A DNA stretch of 64,000 nt, taken from positions 1 to 64,000 of the forward strand of contig JAKPMO010000004.1 of assembly GCA_029548865.1 (NCBI GenBank). Direction: 5' to 3'. The translations under genes were made by a program, and so were the position numbers. The stretch comes from Caldisericota bacterium. GTDB lineage: Bacteria > Caldisericota > Caldisericia > JAAYUI01. Shown piece after piece: positions 19,201 through 30,580 of the stretch. A model generated the notes under the pieces. The model was given only the letters and a program-made list of their open reading frames with translations, made no database searches and had not been told where the DNA came from. How positions within the stretch are numbered: position 1 is the stretch's first letter; each line of letters begins with the position of its first letter.

Positions 19201-19618
19201 GCACCTCGCCGGAGATGCAGGCCGTTAGAGCAAGAACACCCTCCGAGTATTTTGCCAGCGTATCATAATCGACCCTTGGCTTGTAATAGAAACCCCTGAT
19301 ATTGGCCTCTGTCACAAGCCTCATGATGTTCTCGTAGCCCTTGTTGTTTTCAGCGAGAAGAACGAGGTGGTACATCCCGCTCCTGGTTTCTTTTGATTCC
19401 ATATTTTGGGGTGCTACATAGAACTCACAACCCATGATCGGCTTGATCTTCTGTTTTGTGCATGCCTTGTAGAAATCAATTGCACCATACATTGTCCCGT
19501 GATCGGTCAATGCGATGGCTGGCATGCCCAACTTTGCCGCCCTGGCCGCCATCTCGTAGACCTTTATGGCGCCATCCAGGAGCGAGAATTCGGAATGGTT
19601 ATGCAAATGAACAAACAT
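16250..19618 (-). CDS. dnaE: DNA polymerase III alpha subunit
   Basis: PHP HLHNHS/TDHG, GPGRGS, PDFDIDFD, STHAAG, YGFNRAH, OB-fold. Confidence 0.97.
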   Translation of the reverse strand: MFVHLHNHSEFSLLDGAIKVYEMAARAAKLGMPAIALTDHGTMYGAIDFYKACTKQKIKPIMGCEFYVAPQNMESKETRSGMYHLVLLAENNKGYENIMRLVTEANIRGFYYKPRVDYDTLAKYSEGVLALTACISGEVPEKLLLDDEEGAKKALGTYKEIFNNRLWVELQDHGLKEEVSVMPKLIELAKNFELPVVATQDAHYLEHADAEAHDILLCIQTLSKQDDPDRMKFANDEFYLKTPGQMQELFKWIPEAVTNTLEIADRCNVTIELGKPHPPKFTDIGNDDPEAHKQFLWDLVNKGASWRFGCAISQDIRNRLDYEMRIIDQTGFVDYFLVVWDFIKYAKDHDVGVGPGRGSGAASLVSYCLNITDVNPLEYGLFFERFLNPDRISPPDFDIDFDDTKRDRVIKYVTQKYGEDSVAQVATFGRMEARGVIRDVGRALGFSYGDMDKIAKLIPFGAELEEALAGVPQLREIQQQNDQTKKLFEVAKRLEGVVRNFSTHAAGVVMADKPLYCYVPLQLDKEGKRVTQFEKNAVEELGILKVDFLGLRNISVINNACETIGKKTGEKLDIDKVPLDDQATYQTLQSGDTMGVFQLESSGMRRYLRELKPTVIQDIIAMVALYRPGPMEFIPQFIGGKHGEVVTKYLDPCLEPILEGTYGVAVYQEQVIQIARDFAGFTLGQGDILRKAVAKKIPELLAEQKRLFIERASQNGKNPQIAEEVFKFIEPFAGYGFNRAHSTCYGLLAYKTAYLKTHYKLEYYTAILTSYVGNEDRIKEMYEECRKSGLNVLPPDINKSEWTFEVEGEAIRYGLGALKNVGEVAVEAIIAERKSGGPFKNFEDFQKRCEGSKANKKVIESLIKAGVFDAFNEDRGHLLKKFSNGGGQMAFSLFAPQKQEEEPPTPKEEILAMEKEIMGFYMSDHPMRPYEKYIATIDHTDIAALGEVEEGSSIVILGIITSFRRAKSKKGNPISTCTLEDLTGICSITAFGKAYETLSDHLEDEGIVMIRGKVESKEGQPKIIAEEYIKTINTSDIQVSKGDETFVINVQVNLETQYHLLEKIKKLAMSKGNGQNPLVLFLAKGGQKIRMETDKECWIADHSVIPAFKELVGPNQVWLSKN

Positions 19619-19625
19619 TGGTTAG

Positions 19626-19653
19626 ATTTTACAATATAAGGTGCACTTATCAA
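19626..19653 (-). promoter_or_regulatory. Putative promoter giving a leaderless dnaE transcript
   Basis: TTGATA-16-TAAAAT, 7 nt from ATG, no SD. Confidence 0.55.
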
Positions 19654-19813
19654 TGCAGAAGGGGTAAGTTGTTGCATGTGCATGTGCAAACCTTGAGAAA
19701 TATAGATTGCTCTAATACTGGACTGTTTTAGGAGCATTATCAGACCTCTGCCACCCATTGCCTTCAGGGGTACCAGGAACGTTCAAAGCTTGGCTAAATT
19801 TGTCACCGATTTG

Positions 19814-21067
19814 TTAGTATTTATTCATATCTATTATTTCAACAGGTTTAATATAATCATCTCCAAAAATTGTTAATTCCAAACCTCTCTCTGTTATCAT
19901 GAGTACTTCTGTGTCATCGCTGATGATTTTGAAAATGCGTCGTCCAAAATCCCCAAGATTGTATTTATGCATGCCATCACGTTCATAAATATAACACATC
20001 AATTCAAACCAGTCACCTGATCCTGTTCTATATGGTGCATATGAAGTGTAATAAGGTGGAGTTTTGGGTATCTTTTTTAAAAAATAATCATTTCTAGCTG
20101 AATTTAATGGAATCGTTTCATATTCGCCATTGTCCAAAACTTTCGAAAGATATTTATTTTTTCTATTTTTATGAGTGCTAAAATAATATAAGCCACCTTT
20201 AAAGGGATATATGTTATTATTATAGCTCTCCCTGGCACCCTCCAGGTCAACCTTGTTTAGTATTTTGCAAGCTTCATCCAGTAGATACAACGTTTTGCCA
20301 TTGTAAAGCATGTAGCTGTCAACGAAATCATTAAAGTATAAAGGCTTGAAAAAGGTTTCGTTCATATTGGAGTTTTCACAGATAGCGACAGTATTCATTG
20401 TCTTAAAGCCATTGAGCATATCAAAACTCAGAATACTGGATCCATCAAAGCCAACCAGAAAATCTTTTGGAGTAATTTTGCCAAATTTGACATTTTTTGG
20501 GAAAATTGTTTTTTTGTCCAGGTGTTTTTGGGACACAAATTTCAGGTTCTTGTCATAAAGAAATATTGTGTCCTCGTTTTGCAGCAACAGCACTCTCTTT
20601 TCACTCAACCCACCGATGATCTTGTTGCCTTCAGTTTTGACTTTTGATGTTACATCCAGATTGGCATCCAAATGCAGGAGTTCATTGCCGGTCTTTGTTT
20701 CGCACACCATAAAAAGATCTGGTATATCAATCGATTCAAAATCAAAAACTGAAACTGCTTTTCCAGGGAGCGTTTTTGTTCCAATTACTTCCTGGAAGAG
20801 CTCATTTCTGCAAATTACCAGTTTATTATTATCAAGCAATACTGGGTAGTAACGATCTGTAGGGTCATTGGTAGGAACCCATTTGATAAAGTCGCCCTTT
20901 ACATAGTGTTCACTTAGCGGGTGGACCAAATTTATACTATGGAATCTGTGGTCAGCATGGCTCATTTTGTAATAGCTTGCTATAAAGATTGAAGAAGCCG
21001 CTATAGCACCAACTATTATGACCACTATGGCGATTGTCTTGACTCCCGACCATCTGTTTCTTCTCAT
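19814..21067 (-). CDS. Hypothetical membrane-anchored protein, AT-rich
   Basis: 417-aa ORF, GGGAGAGG upstream, N-terminal TM, no recognised motif. Confidence 0.7.
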   Translation of the reverse strand: MRRNRWSGVKTIAIVVIIVGAIAASSIFIASYYKMSHADHRFHSINLVHPLSEHYVKGDFIKWVPTNDPTDRYYPVLLDNNKLVICRNELFQEVIGTKTLPGKAVSVFDFESIDIPDLFMVCETKTGNELLHLDANLDVTSKVKTEGNKIIGGLSEKRVLLLQNEDTIFLYDKNLKFVSQKHLDKKTIFPKNVKFGKITPKDFLVGFDGSSILSFDMLNGFKTMNTVAICENSNMNETFFKPLYFNDFVDSYMLYNGKTLYLLDEACKILNKVDLEGARESYNNNIYPFKGGLYYFSTHKNRKNKYLSKVLDNGEYETIPLNSARNDYFLKKIPKTPPYYTSYAPYRTGSGDWFELMCYIYERDGMHKYNLGDFGRRIFKIISDDTEVLMITERGLELTIFGDDYIKPVEIIDMNKY

Positions 21068-21114
21068 GCCCCTCTCCCGATGCTTAATTAAGATATATAG
21101 CTAGATATGTATTT

Positions 21115-22317
21115 TTATAAATTTATTTTGCTAGTTGTCAATTTCTCAAGTTTTGGCCCGAGTGTTTGTGGTTCGGCCTGCAGGACAGATATCTTTTCGC
21201 ACCCGTTGAATTTTGCAAAATCAGCTAGTTTTTTTGCGATCGTGTCGAGTGGTTTTGAAAGTGTGGCTTTTTTGTCCAGCATTATTTTCTGGACAAGGAG
21301 TGTTTTGGATCTTCTCTCGGCTTTGGCATCCAGGAGACCAACAAAATCTGTCCCCAAAAATATCGGAAGGGCAAAATATCCAAATTTCCTTTTGTTTTGT
21401 GGGACGTAGCATTCAAAAGAGTATTCAAAATCAAATATTTTCCCCAGCCGGTCCCGTCTTATCACTGCATTGTCAAATGGCGAAAGGATATTGCAGTTGA
21501 GGCCGTTCTTTTCCTCGCCAACCGAAAGGTTGTTCGCCAGACAATAGTATGTGCCGTCCAGCCCCTCAATTTCAACCTCGACTGCTTCGCCCTCCTCGAT
21601 CATCTCCTGCAGGGCTTTTTTCATGGCGATTTTGTTCCTTCTCATCCAGCAGATGTCCTGGATATTTGCGAAACCGAGCGTTCTCAATGCCGCCATGACC
21701 CTGAACTTTGCAAGCTTGCCCTCGTCCGGTTTTTCCAGGTTTGTCGAAGACGGGATAACCCTCTCCGGAAGGTCATAGTATCGCTGGAAGTTTTTCCTGT
21801 GTGACACCATCAGTTCACCTGTCCAGAAAAGCGCCTCCAGCACTTGTTTTGCCGGTTTCCATCCCCACCACGGGCCCCTTTCAAAATCCTCTGGTGTTTC
21901 GAAGTCTGATGATGACAGAGCACCTTCCTGTCTTATCCTGTCCAGCACTTGCACTGATAATTCCTTATAGGTATCAAGCACTGTTTTGACATCGTCTCTT
22001 TGTCTGTGTGCTTCCATTACGGGAATCGAATACCTGAAATCGGACATTGGAAGAAAAGATGCCGCATGACCCCAGTACTCAAAGACCTTTCTATCTTTTG
22101 CCTGCAGTTCATGAAGGTGCTCTTTTTTGTGATCGGGGCACCTTGACCAGAAAACATGATGGTGGGCGCGCTCTATGACAGAAATGGTGTCAATCTGGAC
22201 ATAGCCAAGGTGCTCAAGGGCCTTCAGCGCGCCCGCTTTGCCTTTGCCTGCCGGTTTGTCAAGCAACTGGCACTTTATGATCGTCTGTTTCGCTTGTGAT
22301 AGGGATATTTTTGTCAT
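21115..22317 (-). CDS. ycaQ: YcaQ-like (HTH_42/AlkZ family) crosslink-repair DNA glycosylase
   Basis: VQIDTISVIERAHH (QxD), FEYWGHAAS, WWGWKPAK, LSPFDN, KRKFGYF. Confidence 0.85.
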   Translation of the reverse strand: MTKISLSQAKQTIIKCQLLDKPAGKGKAGALKALEHLGYVQIDTISVIERAHHHVFWSRCPDHKKEHLHELQAKDRKVFEYWGHAASFLPMSDFRYSIPVMEAHRQRDDVKTVLDTYKELSVQVLDRIRQEGALSSSDFETPEDFERGPWWGWKPAKQVLEALFWTGELMVSHRKNFQRYYDLPERVIPSSTNLEKPDEGKLAKFRVMAALRTLGFANIQDICWMRRNKIAMKKALQEMIEEGEAVEVEIEGLDGTYYCLANNLSVGEEKNGLNCNILSPFDNAVIRRDRLGKIFDFEYSFECYVPQNKRKFGYFALPIFLGTDFVGLLDAKAERRSKTLLVQKIMLDKKATLSKPLDTIAKKLADFAKFNGCEKISVLQAEPQTLGPKLEKLTTSKINL

Positions 22318-22334
22318 TTTTTGGGCCTAAAATT

Positions 22335-22364
22335 AAAAACCCCGACCAGCAATGGTCGGGGTTT
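22335..22364 (-). terminator. Intrinsic terminator after glmM
   Basis: aaaccccgacca-gcaa-tggtcggggttt hairpin, T-run on minus strand. Confidence 0.8.
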
Positions 22365-22368
22365 AGGT

Positions 22369-23685
22369 TCATACTCCGTATCTGGATTTTATTTTCTCTG
22401 TCGTGTCGAAAGCGATTTCCTTGCAGAGCGCTTCATCGACAGCTTCAACCATTATCCTTATCAGGGCCTCGGTGCCAGAAGATCTAATTAGGATTCTTCC
22501 ATGCTTTCCAAGCTTTTCCTGGGCTTTTTGGGTGAGTTCTGCAACCAGCAGAGAGTTCATTGCTTCCTCGCGGTCCCTGACTTTCACGTTCAGGAGGATT
22601 TGTGGATATTCAGGAATCAGGTCCAGCTCGTCCGAAAGGCTTGCGCCTGTTTCCTCCAGGGCTTCAACAAGGGAAATGGCCGAAAGCGTCCCATCGCCTG
22701 TCGTTGTTCTGTCCGCGATTATTATGTGGCCGGACTGTTCTCCGCCCAGATTGAGGCCTTTTTCGGTCATTCTCTGGTGAACATATCTGTCGCCGACCTT
22801 TGTTCTCTCCATCTTTATGCCACAACTGGAAAGGTGTTCTTCAAGACCAAGATTAGTCATGACAGTTGTAACGATGGCCATTCCTGGCAAACGGTTCTTT
22901 TTTACCATATATTTGGCCAGGATGCCCATCATCTTGTCACCGTCGACAATCCTGCCCTGCGAGTCGCAGGCGATGCACCTGTCGCCGTCACCATCAAAGG
23001 CAAAACCCATCTCTGCTTTTTGTTCCAGGACAGTTTTGCACATCATGTGTGGCATTGTTGAGCCGCAATCGACATTTATCCTTGATCCATCCGGTTCAGC
23101 GTTGATTGCAATAACATCTGCTCCGAGTCTTTTAAAAAGTTTGGGTGCCACGGCATAAGTGGCGCCATAGGCGCAATCCAGGACGATTTTTCTGCCTCCC
23201 ATATCGAGATTGAAGAAAGAAGCAATGTCCTGGCAATAGCGTTCACAAAGGTTAATATTTTTTGTGAAAGTACCCCTTGTGTGGCCGTTTGGTTTTTGGG
23301 ACATTCTCGCTTCTATCTCGTCCTCTTCCTCATCCCTAAGTTTTACGCCCTGCGGTGAAAAAAACTTGATTCCATTGTATTCAATGGGGTTGTGGGACGC
23401 CGAAATGACGGCCCCAAAATGACCTGTTTCCTTGCACAATCTTGCAAGGCCCGGTGTTGGTATTATTCCTACCGAAATAACATCACACCCGCCGGAAACA
23501 AAACCGCTTGCCAGTGCGGATTCAATCATATCGCCTGAAAGCCTTGTATCCTTCCCGACCAGGACTTTTCCGTCCTTTGTGAAAAATTGCTGGGATGCCG
23601 CAAAAGCAAGACGGGAGGCAAGCTCCTCGTTGAGCTCGTCTCCCGCTATTCCCCTTACACCATCGGTGCCAAAAAGTCTCGGCAT
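22369..23685 (-). CDS. glmM: Phosphoglucosamine mutase
   Basis: FGTDGVRG, ISASHNP, DGDGDR, GGEQSGH, RSSGTE. Confidence 0.95.
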   Translation of the reverse strand: MPRLFGTDGVRGIAGDELNEELASRLAFAASQQFFTKDGKVLVGKDTRLSGDMIESALASGFVSGGCDVISVGIIPTPGLARLCKETGHFGAVISASHNPIEYNGIKFFSPQGVKLRDEEEDEIEARMSQKPNGHTRGTFTKNINLCERYCQDIASFFNLDMGGRKIVLDCAYGATYAVAPKLFKRLGADVIAINAEPDGSRINVDCGSTMPHMMCKTVLEQKAEMGFAFDGDGDRCIACDSQGRIVDGDKMMGILAKYMVKKNRLPGMAIVTTVMTNLGLEEHLSSCGIKMERTKVGDRYVHQRMTEKGLNLGGEQSGHIIIADRTTTGDGTLSAISLVEALEETGASLSDELDLIPEYPQILLNVKVRDREEAMNSLLVAELTQKAQEKLGKHGRILIRSSGTEALIRIMVEAVDEALCKEIAFDTTEKIKSRYGV

Positions 23686-24042
23686 CTAGTTCTTGAGGTT
23701 GGCCTTTGCAAGCTCCACGAGCTTGGTGAAGGCGTTTGCATCTTCGATTGCAAGCTTTGCAAGTATCTTGCGGTCGATCTCAAAGCCAGCACCGTTGAGT
23801 CCGGCAACGAGACGGCTGTAGGTGATTCCATTCATTCTTGCTGCAGCATTGATTCTTGTGATCCAGAGCCTTCTGAAATCACGTTTTCTTTGCCTTCTAT
23901 GAATAAATTCGTATCTTTCAGCGTGAAGAACCTGCTCTTTTGCTATTTTGAAGCGCCTATGGGCAGCGCCAAAGAAACCTGATGCCCTATTTAATACTTT
24001 TTTCCTCCTGCGTCTCGCAACAATTCCACCTTTTACGCGCAT
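23686..24042 (-). CDS. rplT: 50S ribosomal protein L20
   Basis: RVKGG, KRDFRRLWITRINAAAR, IDRKILA. Confidence 0.97.
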   Translation of the reverse strand: MRVKGGIVARRRRKKVLNRASGFFGAAHRRFKIAKEQVLHAERYEFIHRRQRKRDFRRLWITRINAAARMNGITYSRLVAGLNGAGFEIDRKILAKLAIEDANAFTKLVELAKANLKN

Positions 24043-24045
24043 CTC

Positions 24046-24288
24046 TTAGTCCTCCTTTTTCTCGTTTCTGATCTTGCGTCCCTTCACTCCAACCGGGAGG
24101 AGGCACTTCATTAGGCGAATCATTGTCTTGTCGACATCTTTAAGGCGCATTTTGCGCTTCGTCTCTCCCCTGTTTTTGTTCTCAAGCAAGTGGGCAAAGC
24201 CGGGGCTTTGACTGCGGAGCTTGCCGGTTCCGGTGACGCGGAAACGTTTTTTTGCTGAGCCTTTTGATCTAATCTTAAGTTTTGGCAT
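24046..24288 (-). CDS. rpmI: 50S ribosomal protein L35 with C-terminal extension
   Basis: MPKLK...AKKRFRVTGTGK...HLL; between infC and rplT. Confidence 0.9.
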   Translation of the reverse strand: MPKLKIRSKGSAKKRFRVTGTGKLRSQSPGFAHLLENKNRGETKRKMRLKDVDKTMIRLMKCLLPVGVKGRKIRNEKKED

Positions 24289-24300
24289 ACATCACCTCTC

Positions 24301-24831
24301 TTATTTTATTTCCTTCTCTTTTTGTTTTGTCGGGGCAATCATCATGTGCATGTGTCTTCCATCCATCTTTGGCATTTGCTCGATTGTCCCGAGGCTTGCG
24401 ACTTCATTTGCGATACGGTCAAGGAGGGCACGTCCCTGGTCCTTGTGCATCATCTCGCGGCCCCTGAATCTTATGACAACCTTTGTACGGTGACCGTTGA
24501 GCAGAAACCTTCTTACGTGGCCAACTTTGGTTTGGTAATCGTTCTCGTCGACTGATAGCGAAAACTGCATTTCTTTTATTTCCACAGAAGACTGTTTGCG
24601 GCGGTTTTCTTTAACTTTTTTTTCAAGCTCGTACTTGTATTTTCCGTAATCTAGCAACTTGCATACTGGTGGATCGGAATTTGGTGATATTTCTACCAAG
24701 TCAAGCCCTTTCAAGACCGCCATTTCGAGTGCTTTTCTTATGTCGACGATTCCAACCTGTTTGCCTTCATCGTCAATCATTCGCACTTCGCGTGCACGAA
24801 TCTCCTTGTTTGTGCGCAACTTCTTTTCGAT
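24301..24831 (-). CDS. infC: Translation initiation factor IF-3, ATC start
   Basis: NKEIRAREVR, LDLVEI, DYGKYKYE, FRGRE; AGGAGGT 5 nt before in-frame ATC at 24831. Confidence 0.95.
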   Translation of the reverse strand: MEKKLRTNKEIRAREVRMIDDEGKQVGIVDIRKALEMAVLKGLDLVEISPNSDPPVCKLLDYGKYKYELEKKVKENRRKQSSVEIKEMQFSLSVDENDYQTKVGHVRRFLLNGHRTKVVIRFRGREMMHKDQGRALLDRIANEVASLGTIEQMPKMDGRHMHMMIAPTKQKEKEIK

Positions 24832-24844
24832 TGCATACCTCCTG

Positions 24845-24936
24845 TCGCCTGGTGCGACTTAAAAAACTATCTGCGTACCGCTTGCGTCATGACCTGAGGA
24901 TCGTCCGTCAGGTGGACAGCGCATGCCATCACTTGA
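24845..24936 (-). promoter_or_regulatory. L20 leader-like ribosomal protein regulatory RNA
   Basis: 5' UTR of infC-rpmI-rplT with CACCUGA...UCAGGUCAUGACGCAAGCGG, then a U-run and a small hairpin before the SD. Confidence 0.6.
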
Positions 24937-24942
24937 TTGGAA

Positions 24943-24971
24943 ATTCTAAGTCCCGCAAAAAATGAAGTCAA
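24943..24971 (-). promoter_or_regulatory. Promoter of infC operon
   Basis: TTGACT-17-TAGAAT. Confidence 0.7.
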
Positions 24972-25051
24972 GTAAAAAAATGATTTTTGACTTTCAATTT
25001 TAGGGCATTTCCCTATCATATTCACCCGTCAGGAAACCAAGGAGATGAAAC

Positions 25052-28033
<2,982 letters not shown>

Positions 28034-28041
28034 GAGGAACA

Positions 28042-29955
28042 ATGATTAGTGTTAACTGTTCAGGAAAATCTGCCCAGATAGAAAAGGGCTCAAATATATT
28101 CCAGGCGCTGAAAGCGCTGGAAATACCGACAAAAAATCTTGTTGCTGCAAAAATTGGCGACAAGCTGGCTGACCTTTCCACCATGCTTGAGGAAAACACG
28201 AATTTTGAGGTGATAGCAATCGATTCACCTGAAGGAAGAGACATCCTGCTCCATTCTTCGGCTCACCTCATGGCTGCAGCAGTCAACAGGCTTTTCCCTG
28301 GGACCAAATTTGCCATTGGCCCGTCAATCAAGGACGGATTTTATTACGACCTTGATCTCCCAAAGCCATTGGTTGAGGAGGACCTGCCAAAAATAGAGGC
28401 CGAGATGAAGAAGATCTCGGACGAGAACATCAAATTTGTGCGCAAAACAATGACAAAAGAGGATGCACTTGCATTTTTTGGGGCAAGAGGTGACACCTAC
28501 AAGGTGGAGCTGATCCAGGACATACCTGATCCAACCGTTTCCATATACGAGCTTGGCGATTTTATCGATCTATGCAGGGGCCCACATCTTCCATCATCCG
28601 GCTACATCAAGCACTTCAAGCTCATGAGCATCGCTGGTGCCTACTGGAGGGGTGACGAAAAGAGGCAGATGCTCACAAGAATCTATGGCACCTCTTATTC
28701 GACAAAAGATGGCCTGGAAGAGCACATCAAGCGCCTCGAAGAAATAGCAAAAAGAGACCACAGGATACTTGGCAAACAGCTTGAGCTGTTCATCATCGAC
28801 GAGCATGTCGGTGGTGGCCTAGTAATCTGGCAGCCGAATGGCGCTGTAGTCAGGGAAATAATCGAAAATTTCTGGAGGACGGAGCACAGGAAGAGGGGCT
28901 ACGAGATCGTTTATAGCCCTCACGTTGGAAAAGCCGACCTCTGGAGAACATCGGGCCATTTGGGTTTTTATGCAGACAACATGTATCCTGCAATGGAGCT
29001 TGAAACTGTAGAGTACTACGCAAGGCCAATGAATTGCCCTTTCCACATGGTCAATTATGCGTCAAAGGTCAGATCATACAGGGACCTGCCATACAGGACT
29101 GCAGAATTGGGTACTGTCTATCGTTTTGAACGTTCAGGGACCCTTCACGGCCTTTTGAGGGTCAGAGGTTTTACGCAGGATGATGCCCATATTTTCTGCA
29201 CTCCGGAACAGCTCAAGCAGGAAGTTGTTGGTGTGGTCAAGTTCGCCATCCATTTGCTCGAAACATTTGGCTTCAAAAAATATGAAGTATTCCTCTCCAC
29301 AAGGCCGAAAGAGGGGTATGTTGGCGAAATAGAAAAATGGGACATTGCCGAAAGCACCCTGAAAGAAGCGCTAAATGAAATGGGTTTATCGTTTGATGTT
29401 GATGAGGGTGGTGGTGCATTCTACGGGCCAAAAATCGATATCAAGATAGTCGATGCCCTTGGGAGACCATGGCAGTGCACGACTTGCCAGTTTGATTTCA
29501 ACAATCCTGAAAGATTCAATCTTACCTATACCGGAGAAGATGGCAAAGAGCACAGGCCATATACAATCCATAGGGCCCTGCTTGGTTCCATGGAGCGCTT
29601 CATGGGTTGCCTCATTGAACACTATGCTGGGGCGTTTCCGGTGTGGCTGGCACCAACCCAGGTCGTCATTGTACCAATAACTGACGGTGTTCTCAACTAT
29701 TGCAAATCTTTAAAAGACAGACTGTTTGATGCTGACATAAGAGTTAAAATTGATGAAGGCTCGGACAGGATGAATGCCAAAATAAGAAATGCAGAACTTA
29801 AAAAGGTGCCTTACGTTGTTGTGGTTGGCGCCAAAGAGGCCGAGGCCGGGAAGGTGTCGGTCAGGAGGCATGGAAAAGGAGATCTGGGGCAAATGACAAC
29901 TGAAGAATTCGAGGCGAGGATACTTGCCGAAGTTAAAGAAAGGTCCATTGAATAA
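28042..29955 (+). CDS. thrS: Threonine--tRNA ligase
   Basis: TGS, HSSAHL, DLCRGPH, PMNCP, RVRGFTQDDAH, FYGPKID. Confidence 0.97.
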   Translation: MISVNCSGKSAQIEKGSNIFQALKALEIPTKNLVAAKIGDKLADLSTMLEENTNFEVIAIDSPEGRDILLHSSAHLMAAAVNRLFPGTKFAIGPSIKDGFYYDLDLPKPLVEEDLPKIEAEMKKISDENIKFVRKTMTKEDALAFFGARGDTYKVELIQDIPDPTVSIYELGDFIDLCRGPHLPSSGYIKHFKLMSIAGAYWRGDEKRQMLTRIYGTSYSTKDGLEEHIKRLEEIAKRDHRILGKQLELFIIDEHVGGGLVIWQPNGAVVREIIENFWRTEHRKRGYEIVYSPHVGKADLWRTSGHLGFYADNMYPAMELETVEYYARPMNCPFHMVNYASKVRSYRDLPYRTAELGTVYRFERSGTLHGLLRVRGFTQDDAHIFCTPEQLKQEVVGVVKFAIHLLETFGFKKYEVFLSTRPKEGYVGEIEKWDIAESTLKEALNEMGLSFDVDEGGGAFYGPKIDIKIVDALGRPWQCTTCQFDFNNPERFNLTYTGEDGKEHRPYTIHRALLGSMERFMGCLIEHYAGAFPVWLAPTQVVIVPITDGVLNYCKSLKDRLFDADIRVKIDEGSDRMNAKIRNAELKKVPYVVVVGAKEAEAGKVSVRRHGKGDLGQMTTEEFEARILAEVKERSIE

Positions 29956-30340
29956 ACTGACTCTGGCCTGGCTGGCGCTCGCCGTTCTCGGTGGCGCCGC
30001 CTTTGGCCTTGTTGGCTGGCTGGTTGTTGGGATCTCCTCCCCGCCATTCTCAAGCTATATCCTTTCCGGCCTTGTTGTTTTGGGCCTTCTGCCTGGGATT
30101 TTCGGCGCTTTTGGGCTCAGATTTGTAGGTCTCGTTGGAATAGTGGGGATTCCTCTAACATTGCTGTGGGCCATCATTGATGCATTTTTCTTCCATGGCG
30201 GCTACATCTGGCCGTTCTTTTTCATGATGAACATGGCCCAGGGAATTGTTCTTTCGATTGGGATTGGGTGTCTGGCCGAGTTTTTCCTCTGTTTCAGAAA
30301 ACCAAAGAAAAGAAGGAATTATGCCTATGGCGTTGACTGA
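29948..30340 (+). CDS. Hypothetical membrane protein (about 4 TM)
   Basis: Hydrophobic ORF; TTG overlapping thrS end. Confidence 0.6.
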   Translation: MNKLTLAWLALAVLGGAAFGLVGWLVVGISSPPFSSYILSGLVVLGLLPGIFGAFGLRFVGLVGIVGIPLTLLWAIIDAFFFHGGYIWPFFFMMNMAQGIVLSIGIGCLAEFFLCFRKPKKRRNYAYGVD

Positions 30341-30361
30341 AAACTCCGGTAGGCCTAAAAT
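30333..30361 (+). promoter_or_regulatory. Putative promoter of zinc finger-clp operon
   Basis: TTGACT-17-TAAAAT, 12 nt before ATG 30374. Confidence 0.6.
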
Positions 30362-30373
30362 TGGCAGTCCAAA

Positions 30374-30580
30374 ATGAGATGCAATGATGTTTTGAAACTT
30401 TTGGCACTGTATGAGAGGGGGGAACTTGATCCCCTACTTTCACTTGCGATGGCAAACCATCTCAGCGGCTGTTTTTCCTGTTCTTACGCGCTCATGATGC
30501 TGAAACGGAAAAGGATAATCATAAGGACTGAAACAAGCGTCCAAATTACCATTGTTCGAGAGGTGAAGGATGAAATTTGA
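30374..30580 (+). CDS. Small zf-HC2 (ZAS-type) zinc-finger protein
   Basis: MxC..V..LL..Y..GEL...HxxxCxxC (HLSGCFSC); 68 aa; overlaps clp start. Confidence 0.7.
   Translation: MRCNDVLKLLALYERGELDPLLSLAMANHLSGCFSCSYALMMLKRKRIIIRTETSVQITIVREVKDEI

Noticed and set aside
16250..19618. Intein in dnaE
   Set aside because: Normal length with contiguous motifs
19712..19813. In-frame continuation past the stop of the AT-rich gene (read-through)
   Set aside because: Only about 33 codons after a TAA; expected by chance
24777..24836. Out-of-frame ATG mini-ORF directly after the infC SD
   Set aside because: Zero spacing from the SD; ATC is properly spaced and in frame
24987..25019. TTGACT...TATCAT as the mae promoter
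   Set aside because: 21-nt spacer is too long to call with confidence
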